Shown in pieces: positions 50,529 through 59,196 of a DNA stretch of 59,632 bases (its first letter is position 1; every line of letters begins with the position of its first letter). The notes beneath the pieces were generated by a model. That model worked only from the letters and a program-made list of their open reading frames with translations. It was not told where the DNA came from and did not search any database. Made by a program: the position numbers and the translations under genes. This DNA comes from a virus: IMG/VR virus record IMGVR_UViG_3300037308_000149, positions 1 to 59,632 of that record. One strand, 5' to 3'.

Positions 50529-50828
50529 TCACTCCTTGGGTGAGACCATTCCCATGGTCACAGGGTCAGCAAACGGCTGCTCCATCTTCAAGACCTTCCT
50601 CAGAACCATCTCTCGCTGCAGTTTGATCTGCTGGGGAGTCTTTCCGCTGACCTCGTCCAGCATCTGCTCGATGGTGGCGCCGAAGAACGCAGTCGCTTCA
50701 TCGAGACAGTAAGCCACGTACACATCACTGACTCCGAGGAGCTCGCTTGGCCTTGCTCCCCACCGGCTTGCGACTTGATACAGCCCCCACATCTCTCGAG
50801 GGTTGGCCGCGAAAAGACGCCAGATCAT
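50529..50828 (-). CDS. Tail assembly chaperone, frameshift-extension (T-like) reading frame
   Basis: It overlaps the 3-prime 104 nt of the G-like ORF and ends 4 nt before the tape measure start. It is in the +1 frame relative to the G-like ORF. Confidence 0.55.
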   Translation of the reverse strand: MIWRLFAANPREMWGLYQVASRWGARPSELLGVSDVYVAYCLDEATAFFGATIEQMLDEVSGKTPQQIKLQREMVLRKVLKMEQPFADPVTMGMVSPKE

Positions 50829-51228
50829 CTACCGCCCCGATGGCATACTGATATGCGAATGCCTTGTCGTCGAGAGCAACCTCATCCACGTAGAGCTTGC
50901 TGTCGTCGCGCTTCTCACCGTCTTGCGGGACAGGGTACACCTGTGGCTCAACGACACACTCAATGGTGACAAGGTCCATGATCTGGAGAAGATCAGCGAT
51001 CTGCTCTGGCGTCCATTTCTGGTTCTGGGTTGGCGGCTTGCCGGTGGCCAGAGACTGTTCGATGATGGGGAGCAGGGAGTTGGGGATCTTCCCTGCCTTC
51101 CAGAACGCTTCAAGAGGCCTGCGCCGCATGAGGGCAACGTTCCCGCTCGGGAACTCAACCGGATGAGGCAGTGCCTCCTTCTTCCATTCCTTGACGGATG
51201 TTGCCTTGAGGGGCTCCTGGGCCTCCAT
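50725..51228 (-). CDS. Tail assembly chaperone (G-like)
   Basis: 167-aa ORF between the major tail and tape measure genes. Confidence 0.7.
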   Translation of the reverse strand: MEAQEPLKATSVKEWKKEALPHPVEFPSGNVALMRRRPLEAFWKAGKIPNSLLPIIEQSLATGKPPTQNQKWTPEQIADLLQIMDLVTIECVVEPQVYPVPQDGEKRDDSKLYVDEVALDDKAFAYQYAIGAVDDLASFRGQPSRDVGAVSSRKPVGSKAKRAPRSQ

Positions 51229-51242
51229 GACTCCTCCTCTTC

Positions 51243-51773
51243 TCAGCTGGCGGCGACAGCGGTCTCGTTGTGGACGAACTCATAGAGGTTGCCCTCAGAG
51301 TTCACATATCCACGACCGGAGCAGGATGTCAGGAAGAACGATCCTTCGCTGAACTCTCCGCCGATGTCACCTTCTGCCTTGCACTTGAACACGACGCAGT
51401 GGACATCGCCTCCGCTGTCGCTGATGACTTGGCCCTCTACCTTGAAGTAGGGACGAGCATCCGTTCCCTTCTTCACGTAGACCTTCTTCTCGTTGGGCGA
51501 GACTCCGCTGGAGAAGACTGCACCACCAGCCAGCACCACGTAGGCTGCAAGGCTGATGCCGCCAGCCTCGAGAGACCAGTCCACTGCAGGACCCGCCCCA
51601 TGGCTGGCGATTGCACTGTCATCACCACGGAGCTCCTCAAACGCTTCAGACTCAGCGAATGAGAACGTCCGCGATGCGGGAAGGTCCACGGCCGAACCAA
51701 GAACATCTCCGTTGTAGGGCGTGATCTTCACATCACGCAGACCGAACGGCAGGGCGTAGGATGATAGTGTCAT
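51243..51773 (-). CDS. Major tail protein
   Basis: 176-aa beta-rich ORF in the canonical position after the tail terminator. Confidence 0.7.
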   Translation of the reverse strand: MTLSSYALPFGLRDVKITPYNGDVLGSAVDLPASRTFSFAESEAFEELRGDDSAIASHGAGPAVDWSLEAGGISLAAYVVLAGGAVFSSGVSPNEKKVYVKKGTDARPYFKVEGQVISDSGGDVHCVVFKCKAEGDIGGEFSEGSFFLTSCSGRGYVNSEGNLYEFVHNETAVAAS

Positions 51774-51963
51774 CTCTGGTTGTCACCTCCTTCGATGGGT
51801 CTTTGAATCGCTGGGTAGACAAGAGATTGCCTGTGATGATGTCGAACTTATGCAGCACAACGATGCCAGAACGAGCGCCACATCTGGAGTTTCGGCACTT
51901 GACTTCCAAGACGCCATCCTCCAACACCCCATGCATCGTATGGCCGCAACGGAGCTCTGTCAT
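51733..51963 (-). CDS. Small Cys/His protein (zinc-ribbon-like)
   Basis: ATGA overlap with the tail-terminator stop. Product begins MTELRCGHTMHGVLEDGVLEVKCRNSRCGARSG. It overlaps the major tail start by 41 nt. Confidence 0.4.
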   Translation of the reverse strand: MTELRCGHTMHGVLEDGVLEVKCRNSRCGARSGIVVLHKFDIITGNLLSTQRFKDPSKEVTTRDDTIILRPAVRSA

Positions 51964-52325
51964 GCGGCAACCAGCCTGAAGGTCGAGTACCGCATCACAG
52001 TCCTTCGGTCAGGGTCTGCAAGATCCCCGCTGTTGCCGGTCCACTGCGCAGCAATGGCTCCGCTTTCCGGAACAGGCCCTTCAAGAACGTTGCGCACCAA
52101 GGCTAGGATCTGGTCGATTCTCACATACGATCCCGGCTGGTCATGGACCCACACCGTCACGTCTGTGAGAGGACCCACGTCTACAACATCGCCTGTGATG
52201 CGAAACACGAGAAAGGGTTTCTGCTCAGGAGGTGTTTCAAGTTGGCTGTAGATCCTGTCCCCCACAAGGGCGGTGATGCCGCCATTTGAGGACAGAACAT
52301 CATACAACCATGAACGCCAATCCAT
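51960..52325 (-). CDS. Tail terminator-like protein (DUF3168 / gp17-like)
   Basis: 121 aa. Called from position and the N-terminus MDWRSWLYDVLSSNGGITALVGDRIY, which is typical of this family as I recall it. Confidence 0.55.
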   Translation of the reverse strand: MDWRSWLYDVLSSNGGITALVGDRIYSQLETPPEQKPFLVFRITGDVVDVGPLTDVTVWVHDQPGSYVRIDQILALVRNVLEGPVPESGAIAAQWTGNSGDLADPDRRTVMRYSTFRLVAA

Positions 52326-52792
52326 CAGACCCTCACTCCCATCTTGCCAAGCAAGCCCTTGATGAACTGCATGAGCTCTTGGCCTTCATGGGTGATCGTC
52401 GGAACGATGATGGCGTATCTACCTTCCCATCTGACTTCAAGCCAGATGCCGTATGGAACCGAATGGGACAGAACGATCCCATGTCGCTTCATCGGCTCAT
52501 GGAATGGCTCTGTGCGCAATCCGTTCCTTGCATTGCCTGTTCTGTCGGTCCATGGAGCATTGCTGCGGGCATATGCCTCTGTGCGCATGTCGAAGTAATC
52601 GACTGACTTGGAGATCATGCTGTCAACCTTAGGCGTGAACTCCTTCAGCCCAGGAGTCAACGTGTCTCTGGTCCAAACGATGCCGGCACTCTTAGCCACG
52701 GCTAACAGCCTCCGCCACAACACGCCACGCAGGGTCTCGCTGAACATTGATGACTTCATACGTATGACCAGCATGGTCAAACGTGTCACCAA
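52325..52792 (-). CDS. HK97 gp10-like tail/neck component; start uncertain
   Basis: APWTDRTGNARNGL resembles the gp10-family TG-x-L motif. Several in-frame starts lie between 52747 and 52792. Confidence 0.55.
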   Translation of the reverse strand: MVTRLTMLVIRMKSSMFSETLRGVLWRRLLAVAKSAGIVWTRDTLTPGLKEFTPKVDSMISKSVDYFDMRTEAYARSNAPWTDRTGNARNGLRTEPFHEPMKRHGIVLSHSVPYGIWLEVRWEGRYAIIVPTITHEGQELMQFIKGLLGKMGVRV

Positions 52793-53045
52793 TCTCCACG
52801 TCGAGGTCTGGCATGCCCACGACTGCCTTGTCTGCCTGTATCTGACGCCCCTCTGCCGTCACACGAGTAGGAGGCCGAACCTGCCCAACCACCCTGACTC
52901 TTTGATGCGGCAGAGAACTGGTTTGAGCCACAAGGACGCCACCGGCACCATCCGGCTGATGAACCTCACGGCTGAAGACGAGGGACGTTGGAGCGTAGTC
53001 GATGAACCGCTCTGTTTGAGCCGCGTGGAGATCAGTCTCTTGCAA
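52692..53045 (-). CDS. Head-tail joining (head closure) protein
   Basis: 117 aa. The pattern HQRVRVVG...AEGRQIQADKAVV...GDTFDHAGHTYEVINV is typical of the head-tail adaptor family. Confidence 0.55.
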   Translation of the reverse strand: MQETDLHAAQTERFIDYAPTSLVFSREVHQPDGAGGVLVAQTSSLPHQRVRVVGQVRPPTRVTAEGRQIQADKAVVGMPDLDVEIGDTFDHAGHTYEVINVQRDPAWRVVAEAVSRG

Positions 53046-53337
53046 TGGTCTTCACCCTTGCTCGGTCAGAGCTTTCGACCTGGCTGTCCTTGTCTTCGTA
53101 GACCTTGGCCATCGCAAGAGCGTTGCGGTGGAGGTCGCTGAAGGAGTGAGATGCACCTGCCTCGCTGACATTCACGAGTTTCGCAAGGTCACCGGCCTTC
53201 TTTCGCCAGATGATCGCCGAGGTTCCGTTGATGCCGTGCTCGTCAACCAGGTCACTTATGTAGTTGTCCGTGAAGGACTGGTCGGTCGGTTCATCAACGT
53301 TTTGCCGAACCTCGGCGATCTCTGACGTGGTGGCCAT
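53032..53337 (-). CDS. Head-tail connector (gp6-like) protein
   Basis: 101 aa. Called from position after the capsid gene and from composition. Confidence 0.5.
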   Translation of the reverse strand: MATTSEIAEVRQNVDEPTDQSFTDNYISDLVDEHGINGTSAIIWRKKAGDLAKLVNVSEAGASHSFSDLHRNALAMAKVYEDKDSQVESSDRARVKTIARD

Positions 53338-53338
53338 G

Positions 53339-53680
53339 TTACCCTCCGCTCTCCATCAGCTGCGCGATCATCTCAGCCTTGGTTCCGCTCAGCTCGACTC
53401 CCATTGCGGCGCCGAGGTCAGCGATCTGAGCCTTGGTCATCGCATTCAGGGTGTCTTCATCCAGCGTCACACCAGGCTGGGCTTCAGAGGGCCGAGGGTA
53501 CTGGTCCACACTGATGGTCGGACGAGGAGGACGACCGAAGTCTCCACTCTCTGCCTTGATCTCACCAGCAGGGACACCGTACTCTTCGGGAAGAGCGATT
53601 CCTCTGTCGCGAGCGTACTTGACTTCGAACTCAGTCAGCGTCTCGCCGCTGGCGAGCTTTGCCGCGATGTCAATGGCCAT
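53339..53680 (-). CDS. Hypothetical protein with a HeH/SAP-like motif
   Basis: LNAMTKAQIADLGAAMGVELSGTKAEMIAQL resembles Rho-N/HeH helix-extension-helix motifs. Confidence 0.5.
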   Translation of the reverse strand: MAIDIAAKLASGETLTEFEVKYARDRGIALPEEYGVPAGEIKAESGDFGRPPRPTISVDQYPRPSEAQPGVTLDEDTLNAMTKAQIADLGAAMGVELSGTKAEMIAQLMESGG

Positions 53681-53690
53681 CCGTCACCAC

Positions 53691-54923
53691 CTACCACTCG
53701 TACCCAGATGGCACGGTGTACGAAGCACCAGCGTCGATGAACATCACGACGCCGGCACCGCGCTGCCGGATCCCGGTCCCGAACCCACGCTGGTAGTACG
53801 AATCCACCAGTGGGTAGTCGGGCCGCTGACCCTTCACAAGACGCAGTCCGCGAAGGCTTGCGTTGGCGTGCTCTCGGACGCCCACCAGGTTGGCAGCGTT
53901 CTCCTCGCCACCGCTGGCAAAGCCGAGCATGTAGCCAGCAGGGATGAGGTCCTCCTCGACGATGAGCCATGGGCCGTACCGACCCTCGATAGGGAGGCCA
54001 CGGAACGAGGAAGGAGGCGCAGCACCAGGGCGCTCCTGCGAGGCAGCGATGTCCATGGTGGTCCACGCCCAGGCCGGGACACCGGCCGCAGCGATGAAGT
54101 CGTACAGATCGCCGCCGTCGGTGCTGAAGCCGCGGATCGTGTTCATCTGAGCGCTGTTCACGAGCAGGATGAGCGCAGATCCGTTCTGCCATCCGTATCC
54201 GTGGTGCTTGAGGTGGGCTTCCATATCCTCCAGGTCATCGCTGACGACCGTCGCCCCACCACTCACCAGGAAGTGGGTGTGAGGAGCGGTGTGGATCGTG
54301 TTCTTGTACGCTGGGGGAACGGTGCTGTCTCCGTTGTAGATCGGGAACACGTTGTAGTTGTTCCCGGTGATCGTGGCGGTCCGCGTGCTGTCGTTGAACA
54401 CCTGCTTGAACACTTCGCGGAACTGGTTGCGGTTGTCCGCCTCCAGGATCATGTTGTTCAGCGCATCCACCTGGTCGGCATTGTTCTCTGCCAGGAACTT
54501 CCAGGTGAACCGCATCCCGATGTCCCACCACTTGAACGAGTAGGCCAGGGAGAAGTATGCCGGCAACTCGGCACGCACGCCGACCGGAACACCGAACTCC
54601 GAAGCCTCCTCGAAGTCGACCGTGTTGCCGCCCTGGTAGACGTCCTCGATGACTTGCGACACCGGGAACACCAGATTCGACAACAGACGATCGCGCTGGG
54701 AGTTGTACATCGCCAACGCAGCCCGGAACGCAGCCCAGATCTCGTTGAGATCGCGGCCGTCCGAGGTCTGGGTGACGATGTCCCCAATCTGGTTGTAGCC
54801 TTGCGCCCCACCCTCGATGCTGGGGTAGATGCCAAGGCTTCTGAGGTCCTGCAGTGCGCGAGGATCGATCGCCGATGACGGGGCGATGAGCCGCTCACGC
54901 TTGGCAACGTGGAGTCGCTCCAT
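53691..54923 (-). CDS. Major capsid protein
   Basis: 410 aa, directly after the scaffold and decoration-like genes. Its start overlaps the upstream stop. Confidence 0.8.
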   Translation of the reverse strand: MERLHVAKRERLIAPSSAIDPRALQDLRSLGIYPSIEGGAQGYNQIGDIVTQTSDGRDLNEIWAAFRAALAMYNSQRDRLLSNLVFPVSQVIEDVYQGGNTVDFEEASEFGVPVGVRAELPAYFSLAYSFKWWDIGMRFTWKFLAENNADQVDALNNMILEADNRNQFREVFKQVFNDSTRTATITGNNYNVFPIYNGDSTVPPAYKNTIHTAPHTHFLVSGGATVVSDDLEDMEAHLKHHGYGWQNGSALILLVNSAQMNTIRGFSTDGGDLYDFIAAAGVPAWAWTTMDIAASQERPGAAPPSSFRGLPIEGRYGPWLIVEEDLIPAGYMLGFASGGEENAANLVGVREHANASLRGLRLVKGQRPDYPLVDSYYQRGFGTGIRQRGAGVVMFIDAGASYTVPSGYEW

Positions 54924-55294
54924 CAGCTCGCCACCGCCTCTCTACCCAAACGCACGATGAGGCGCGTGGCCTCAACCGTGAACCCCACTCGGGTGTCTCC
55001 GGTCACGTCCAGAGCTCCGGTGACGGCGTCTGCGAAGATGGGAGTGCCTGCTGTAAGGTTCTCCATCTCCACGATCTCACCGTCGGTCATGACATCGACC
55101 ACCTGGCCAGCCAACTTGTTCTCCTTGACCAGGATCACGATGCCAGCGATACCGGAGTTGCCGACTCCTGGAACGACCTTGCCCGACGTGTTGAGCCCAA
55201 CTCCTACGGGCTCACCGTCGTCAGCCGTCCAGTCAGCAGCAAGGACAGCACGGAACCCACCGCTGATGGGGTCGTACTTGTCAAACCTTGCCAT
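54923..55294 (-). CDS. Possible head decoration protein (DUF2190-like)
   Basis: 123-aa Gly/Val-rich ORF between the scaffold and the capsid gene. The RBS is CAGGAGGCTCGT. Confidence 0.4.
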   Translation of the reverse strand: MARFDKYDPISGGFRAVLAADWTADDGEPVGVGLNTSGKVVPGVGNSGIAGIVILVKENKLAGQVVDVMTDGEIVEMENLTAGTPIFADAVTGALDVTGDTRVGFTVEATRLIVRLGREAVAS

Positions 55295-55416
55295 ACGAGC
55301 CTCCTGCTCTGTTCTGGCACCAACAAGGACATCCTATCGGCTGCTTGCCGAGAGGTTTGCCGCAGGCAGGCAGGCCGCTGGCTCTACCTGACGAAAGTAT
55401 ACCGCGGATTTGCTCA

Positions 55417-56106
55417 TCATGTGCTCCGGTGCCGCGCAAGGTGCGGCATGCGCTTGACGAGCTCCTCCGGAGTGTACCCAGATGTCTTGTCTTTCCTCTT
55501 CTTCGGAGGAGAAGCACTGCGCTTCTGCTCCTCCTCATCGTCATCGTCTCCGGGCTCCTCGAAGAGCTGAGGGTACTCCTTCTCCAGAGCCACAACCAGC
55601 TCCTCCAGATTGCTGTCTCCGTCTTCATCGATCTCAAGATCGTCAGACAGCAGCTTCATGGCGAACTTGCGGCCCTTGGGAGGCAAGGCAGAGATCTTCT
55701 CGTGGGACAGCATCAGGATCGTCGCATCACGCTCCGCCACAGCTGTCTCCAGCTCAGCAATGCGCCTCTCCTTGCCGACGAGCTCCTCAGACTTTCTCTC
55801 CTCGTCGGTCTTCTCTGCGTCCTCTTTCTCCTTCAGCTTCTTCTCGAGCTCTGCCTTCTCTCGCTCCAGACGCTTGGCCTTTTTGGCGTGACGAGATTTC
55901 TCGTCCTCAAGCGCCTTGATCTTCGCAGCAGGATCCTTGATCGGGTCGTCGGCCTCCTGCTCTTCTTCTTCCTCTTCTTCCTGCTCTTCGTCTTCATGCC
56001 CTTCCTCTTCATCACCAGAGCCTCCGGCAATAAGCGGGAAGAACCGTCCATCTGGCATCTGCCAGCCTTGCACACCGTTGCGCAGCAACAGGATTGGTTC
56101 TGTCAT
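55417..56106 (-). CDS. Scaffolding protein
   Basis: The ATG at 56106 is preceded by GCGAGGAAGCAGAA. The product is highly charged and coiled-coil-like (KIKALEDEKSRHAKKAKRLEREKAELEKKLKEKE), in the position before the capsid gene. Confidence 0.7.
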   Translation of the reverse strand: MTEPILLLRNGVQGWQMPDGRFFPLIAGGSGDEEEGHEDEEQEEEEEEEQEADDPIKDPAAKIKALEDEKSRHAKKAKRLEREKAELEKKLKEKEDAEKTDEERKSEELVGKERRIAELETAVAERDATILMLSHEKISALPPKGRKFAMKLLSDDLEIDEDGDSNLEELVVALEKEYPQLFEEPGDDDDEEEQKRSASPPKKRKDKTSGYTPEELVKRMPHLARHRST

Positions 56107-56221
56107 TTCTGCTTCCTCGCTTCCTCTCTCTTGCGTCGTTGTTCCTCGTCCTTCTTTGGGTCCACCACGACCCGTATGTCCTCCTTCCTTCTCCATTTGA
56201 ATCGGCTCGCCCGCTGTTTAT

Positions 56222-56842
56222 TCATGTCAACATCTCCAAGATCACACGCTTGGCTTCTTTGTCCACGTACAGAACTCGCATACGCTGACCTCGAGCAAAC
56301 AACATCTCATACTCGTTCCCAAAGACAGAGAACCAATCTCCCATATAGGCACCATTTGCACCTTGCGGCACAAAGATCTCCATGACCCATTCGTCTCCAC
56401 TTCGGAATGCTTCGGCTGTACGGATGTCCAAAGAGGTAGATAAGAATCCATCATCAGCAACAACCGCTCCTACATCAAATGCTTCATCCCACCAACCGCC
56501 GCGATACACCATCACATCTTGCGGCACTATTGCTCCTCGCAAAGCACCATCGATCTGAGCAAGAGCAATGTCAGGGTTGCTACCGATCTGAGCAGCCGCC
56601 CTGCTTTCACCAATGAGCCCTCTGGCATAGTCATTGATGGTGTGGCTTTGCGCTACATACGTTTTGATGCCCTCTCGGCCGTTGGCACTCAACCCGGCCT
56701 TCCAGTCCTCATATGCAGACCGACCCCACTCGTCCGCCTCTGACGGAGTTGTCCCAAAGTCTGCGGCCCTTTCCACGCGACTAGGATCCGCAGACGGCGA
56801 CATCCCTTCTGTACTACACACCCGCACAGTCGTACTCCCCAT
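56222..56842 (-). CDS. ADP-ribosyltransferase-like protein (R-S-E class)
   Basis: It has IKTYVAQSHTINDYARG, VMVYRGG (Arg), GFLSTSL (S-T-S) and GNEYEMLF (E-x-E). It overlaps the MuF-like gene by 29 nt. Confidence 0.75.
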   Translation of the reverse strand: MGSTTVRVCSTEGMSPSADPSRVERAADFGTTPSEADEWGRSAYEDWKAGLSANGREGIKTYVAQSHTINDYARGLIGESRAAAQIGSNPDIALAQIDGALRGAIVPQDVMVYRGGWWDEAFDVGAVVADDGFLSTSLDIRTAEAFRSGDEWVMEIFVPQGANGAYMGDWFSVFGNEYEMLFARGQRMRVLYVDKEAKRVILEMLT

Positions 56843-57701
56843 TCAAGAGCTGCTCCTGAAACTCCTCCTGCGTAGGTGTGATGGGAACCAAGTAGCAGAA
56901 GCAGTTGGGATGCGGCGAATCAGGGACCTCATCCGAAGGGAACACGCCGTCCCCCAGCCCATACTCATCAATCTCGGCCAAGGCATCACAGTCGTCGTCA
57001 CCAGGGTGTGAACCAGACAGGGTCCATTGGACTCCGGTGACATATGGCGACTCAGCGTATGTCATCGCGCTGGTGGTTCGGAAGGCATTGTTCAGCTCGG
57101 TCCTCCCGAGGCGCTGCGCTGCATACTTCGCGCCACCAGGGGTGCTGGGGTTGATGTAGCCCACAACAGCATCAGCGATCTCTCGAGCAGATTGCCCAAG
57201 TGCGATGCCGTTGTTGACAATCCGATCAATCGTCCCCCGAGACAGAGCCTCATTCCTGTACACAGACGGGCTGAGATTGACACCGTTGAGAACCCGAGAC
57301 CTCATGTCAGCGAACGTCGCTGCTGCCGAATGAAGCATTGAGTCCCGCAAGATGGCCGCATACTCTGGAGTGGCCTTGGACAACAGGTACAGCATTCGTC
57401 GTTGAGCATTGACGGCCATCTGGGTAGATGTTGACAGACCCTGGGTGATGGCGGTAGGAACCTTGCCGCGCCATGTCTCTGCCAGCACCTGATAGATCTG
57501 CTGTTGCCGTTGGATGTACATGGCGCGACGAGCCATTGCTCCAACACCCTTGCCGGGCAAGCCTCCGATGATCTTCTCCAGATCCTTGGCGGCCTGGAGC
57601 ATGATGCGGGCAATCTCGTCATCTGTCTGCTGCATGAGCCGCATCAGTCCCCGCTGGCTCTGCTTGGAGAAAGACTTAGACCAGTTGCTCGGTGCCGCCA
57701 C
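56814..57701 (-). CDS. MuF / SPP1 gp7-like head morphogenesis (minor capsid) protein
   Basis: GTG start at 57701. The C-terminal PHPNCFCYLVP motif is typical of the Phage_Mu_F family. It follows the portal gene. Confidence 0.8.
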   Translation of the reverse strand: MAAPSNWSKSFSKQSQRGLMRLMQQTDDEIARIMLQAAKDLEKIIGGLPGKGVGAMARRAMYIQRQQQIYQVLAETWRGKVPTAITQGLSTSTQMAVNAQRRMLYLLSKATPEYAAILRDSMLHSAAATFADMRSRVLNGVNLSPSVYRNEALSRGTIDRIVNNGIALGQSAREIADAVVGYINPSTPGGAKYAAQRLGRTELNNAFRTTSAMTYAESPYVTGVQWTLSGSHPGDDDCDALAEIDEYGLGDGVFPSDEVPDSPHPNCFCYLVPITPTQEEFQEQLLNGEYDCAGV

Positions 57702-59196
57702 CTGTCACCTCTCCGGCAATCCTTGAAGCGATCGCATCAGCTTGCTGCGCAGCGTATTGGGACTGCTCACTCATGATCTCCGCCATGAGGATGCCCTCTT
57801 CCGTGAATGAGAAGCCGAGCTTCGCCAACATACGGCGAGCCTCAGCCCCAGAGACCAATGGCACCGGCCCTGCCCCGGCCAACGCCACGATCTGGTCGAA
57901 CACTTCCTTCTTGTTCACGGGGAGCTTGTCTCCATACACAGGGCGCCAGCGGATGTCTTCCAACCCCGGCAATCCCTCATACGCCATAAACCACTTGCGG
58001 ATGTCGTAGAGCATCTGGTTCATCACGTCCGTGATGATGAGTTCCTTCTCTTCCATCCGGCTGAGGATTGGGCCCATCCGAAGAGCAAGCGCGATACCGG
58101 ACTCCGCAACGGCCACATCAGCACGCCCTCGTGTGATGTCATTGGCTCCGGTCGTGGCGTCGATCTGGTCATGGAGATACTTCAGGTGGTCAACGTAGGG
58201 CTGCAACGTTCCCACGCCCTGCTCTCTCTTGAACGACTTGCCTGTGGGCAGCTCTACAACATGTCCTGGCGAAACGATCCACGGGATCTCTTCATCGTTC
58301 TCATCCACAGGGCTGCCTGCATCCGTCACCCAGACGCCCAATCCGTCAAGGACCAGGGCGAGCTCCTCATCTGTGATCGCCTGGTTGATGCTGCGCATAA
58401 GGAGCTCAATGCCTCGCATCTCACTTGAGCCCCAACCGAATTGAGCCTCATACACGTTGGGTATGTGGTACACTGGGATTGCATCGATCTCAGGAGGCAA
58501 CGTCATCTCTGGGGCGAGAGTAGCGACCACTGTCTCCTTCATGTCCGTCCCGGGCTGGCCCCACTCATCTGCCTTGCAGATGTACTCTTCGACCGTGATT
58601 GGGCTTGGGCCTCCTGTCGTGATCTGCTTCCGATACACCGTCTTGTGGATGACAGTGTCGCCATTGTCGTTGGTTGTTGGCTCTGCGATGTGGACGGCAA
58701 TGATCCTCGTGATGTCGTCCCCATCGGCGTACTCCGGGAAGTAGTTCGACGGGTCCAGAGGGAAGATGCTCACCCGAGAGCCTTCCGGCCGAGTCGGATC
58801 GGCCCAGATATGCCACAGCCAATCCCCTCGCATCAGTCCGTGCAACTTGTTGGAGGAGAACTTGCTGTAGAACCGCTCTCGGTAGGCGAACTCTGTGAAC
58901 AACAGATCCGCTTCCGTTCTGGCTTCAGGAGTCCCGAACAGGGGATCTGTGATGACCTGCAGCCGAGGCGCCATGAAGCGATGCGCGGTCTCGACCACCT
59001 GTCTTCCACTCGGGATGTGGATGGGTTCGCCTTCCTGTCCCCGCAGGGTGATCTGGAATGCTTCCGGGGATGTCCAGAAGATGGCTTCGTACAGGTCATA
59101 TGCGCCAATCCTCGAACGATCCTCACCTGACAGCCAAGATGGGATGTTGGCTTCCTGGATGAATCTCTCCGCAGAGGCCCAATGGCTAACGAGCAT
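57676..59196 (-). CDS. Portal protein
   Basis: 506 aa, immediately downstream of terL (11-nt overlap). Confidence 0.85.
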   Translation of the reverse strand: MLVSHWASAERFIQEANIPSWLSGEDRSRIGAYDLYEAIFWTSPEAFQITLRGQEGEPIHIPSGRQVVETAHRFMAPRLQVITDPLFGTPEARTEADLLFTEFAYRERFYSKFSSNKLHGLMRGDWLWHIWADPTRPEGSRVSIFPLDPSNYFPEYADGDDITRIIAVHIAEPTTNDNGDTVIHKTVYRKQITTGGPSPITVEEYICKADEWGQPGTDMKETVVATLAPEMTLPPEIDAIPVYHIPNVYEAQFGWGSSEMRGIELLMRSINQAITDEELALVLDGLGVWVTDAGSPVDENDEEIPWIVSPGHVVELPTGKSFKREQGVGTLQPYVDHLKYLHDQIDATTGANDITRGRADVAVAESGIALALRMGPILSRMEEKELIITDVMNQMLYDIRKWFMAYEGLPGLEDIRWRPVYGDKLPVNKKEVFDQIVALAGAGPVPLVSGAEARRMLAKLGFSFTEEGILMAEIMSEQSQYAAQQADAIASRIAGEVTGGGTEQLV

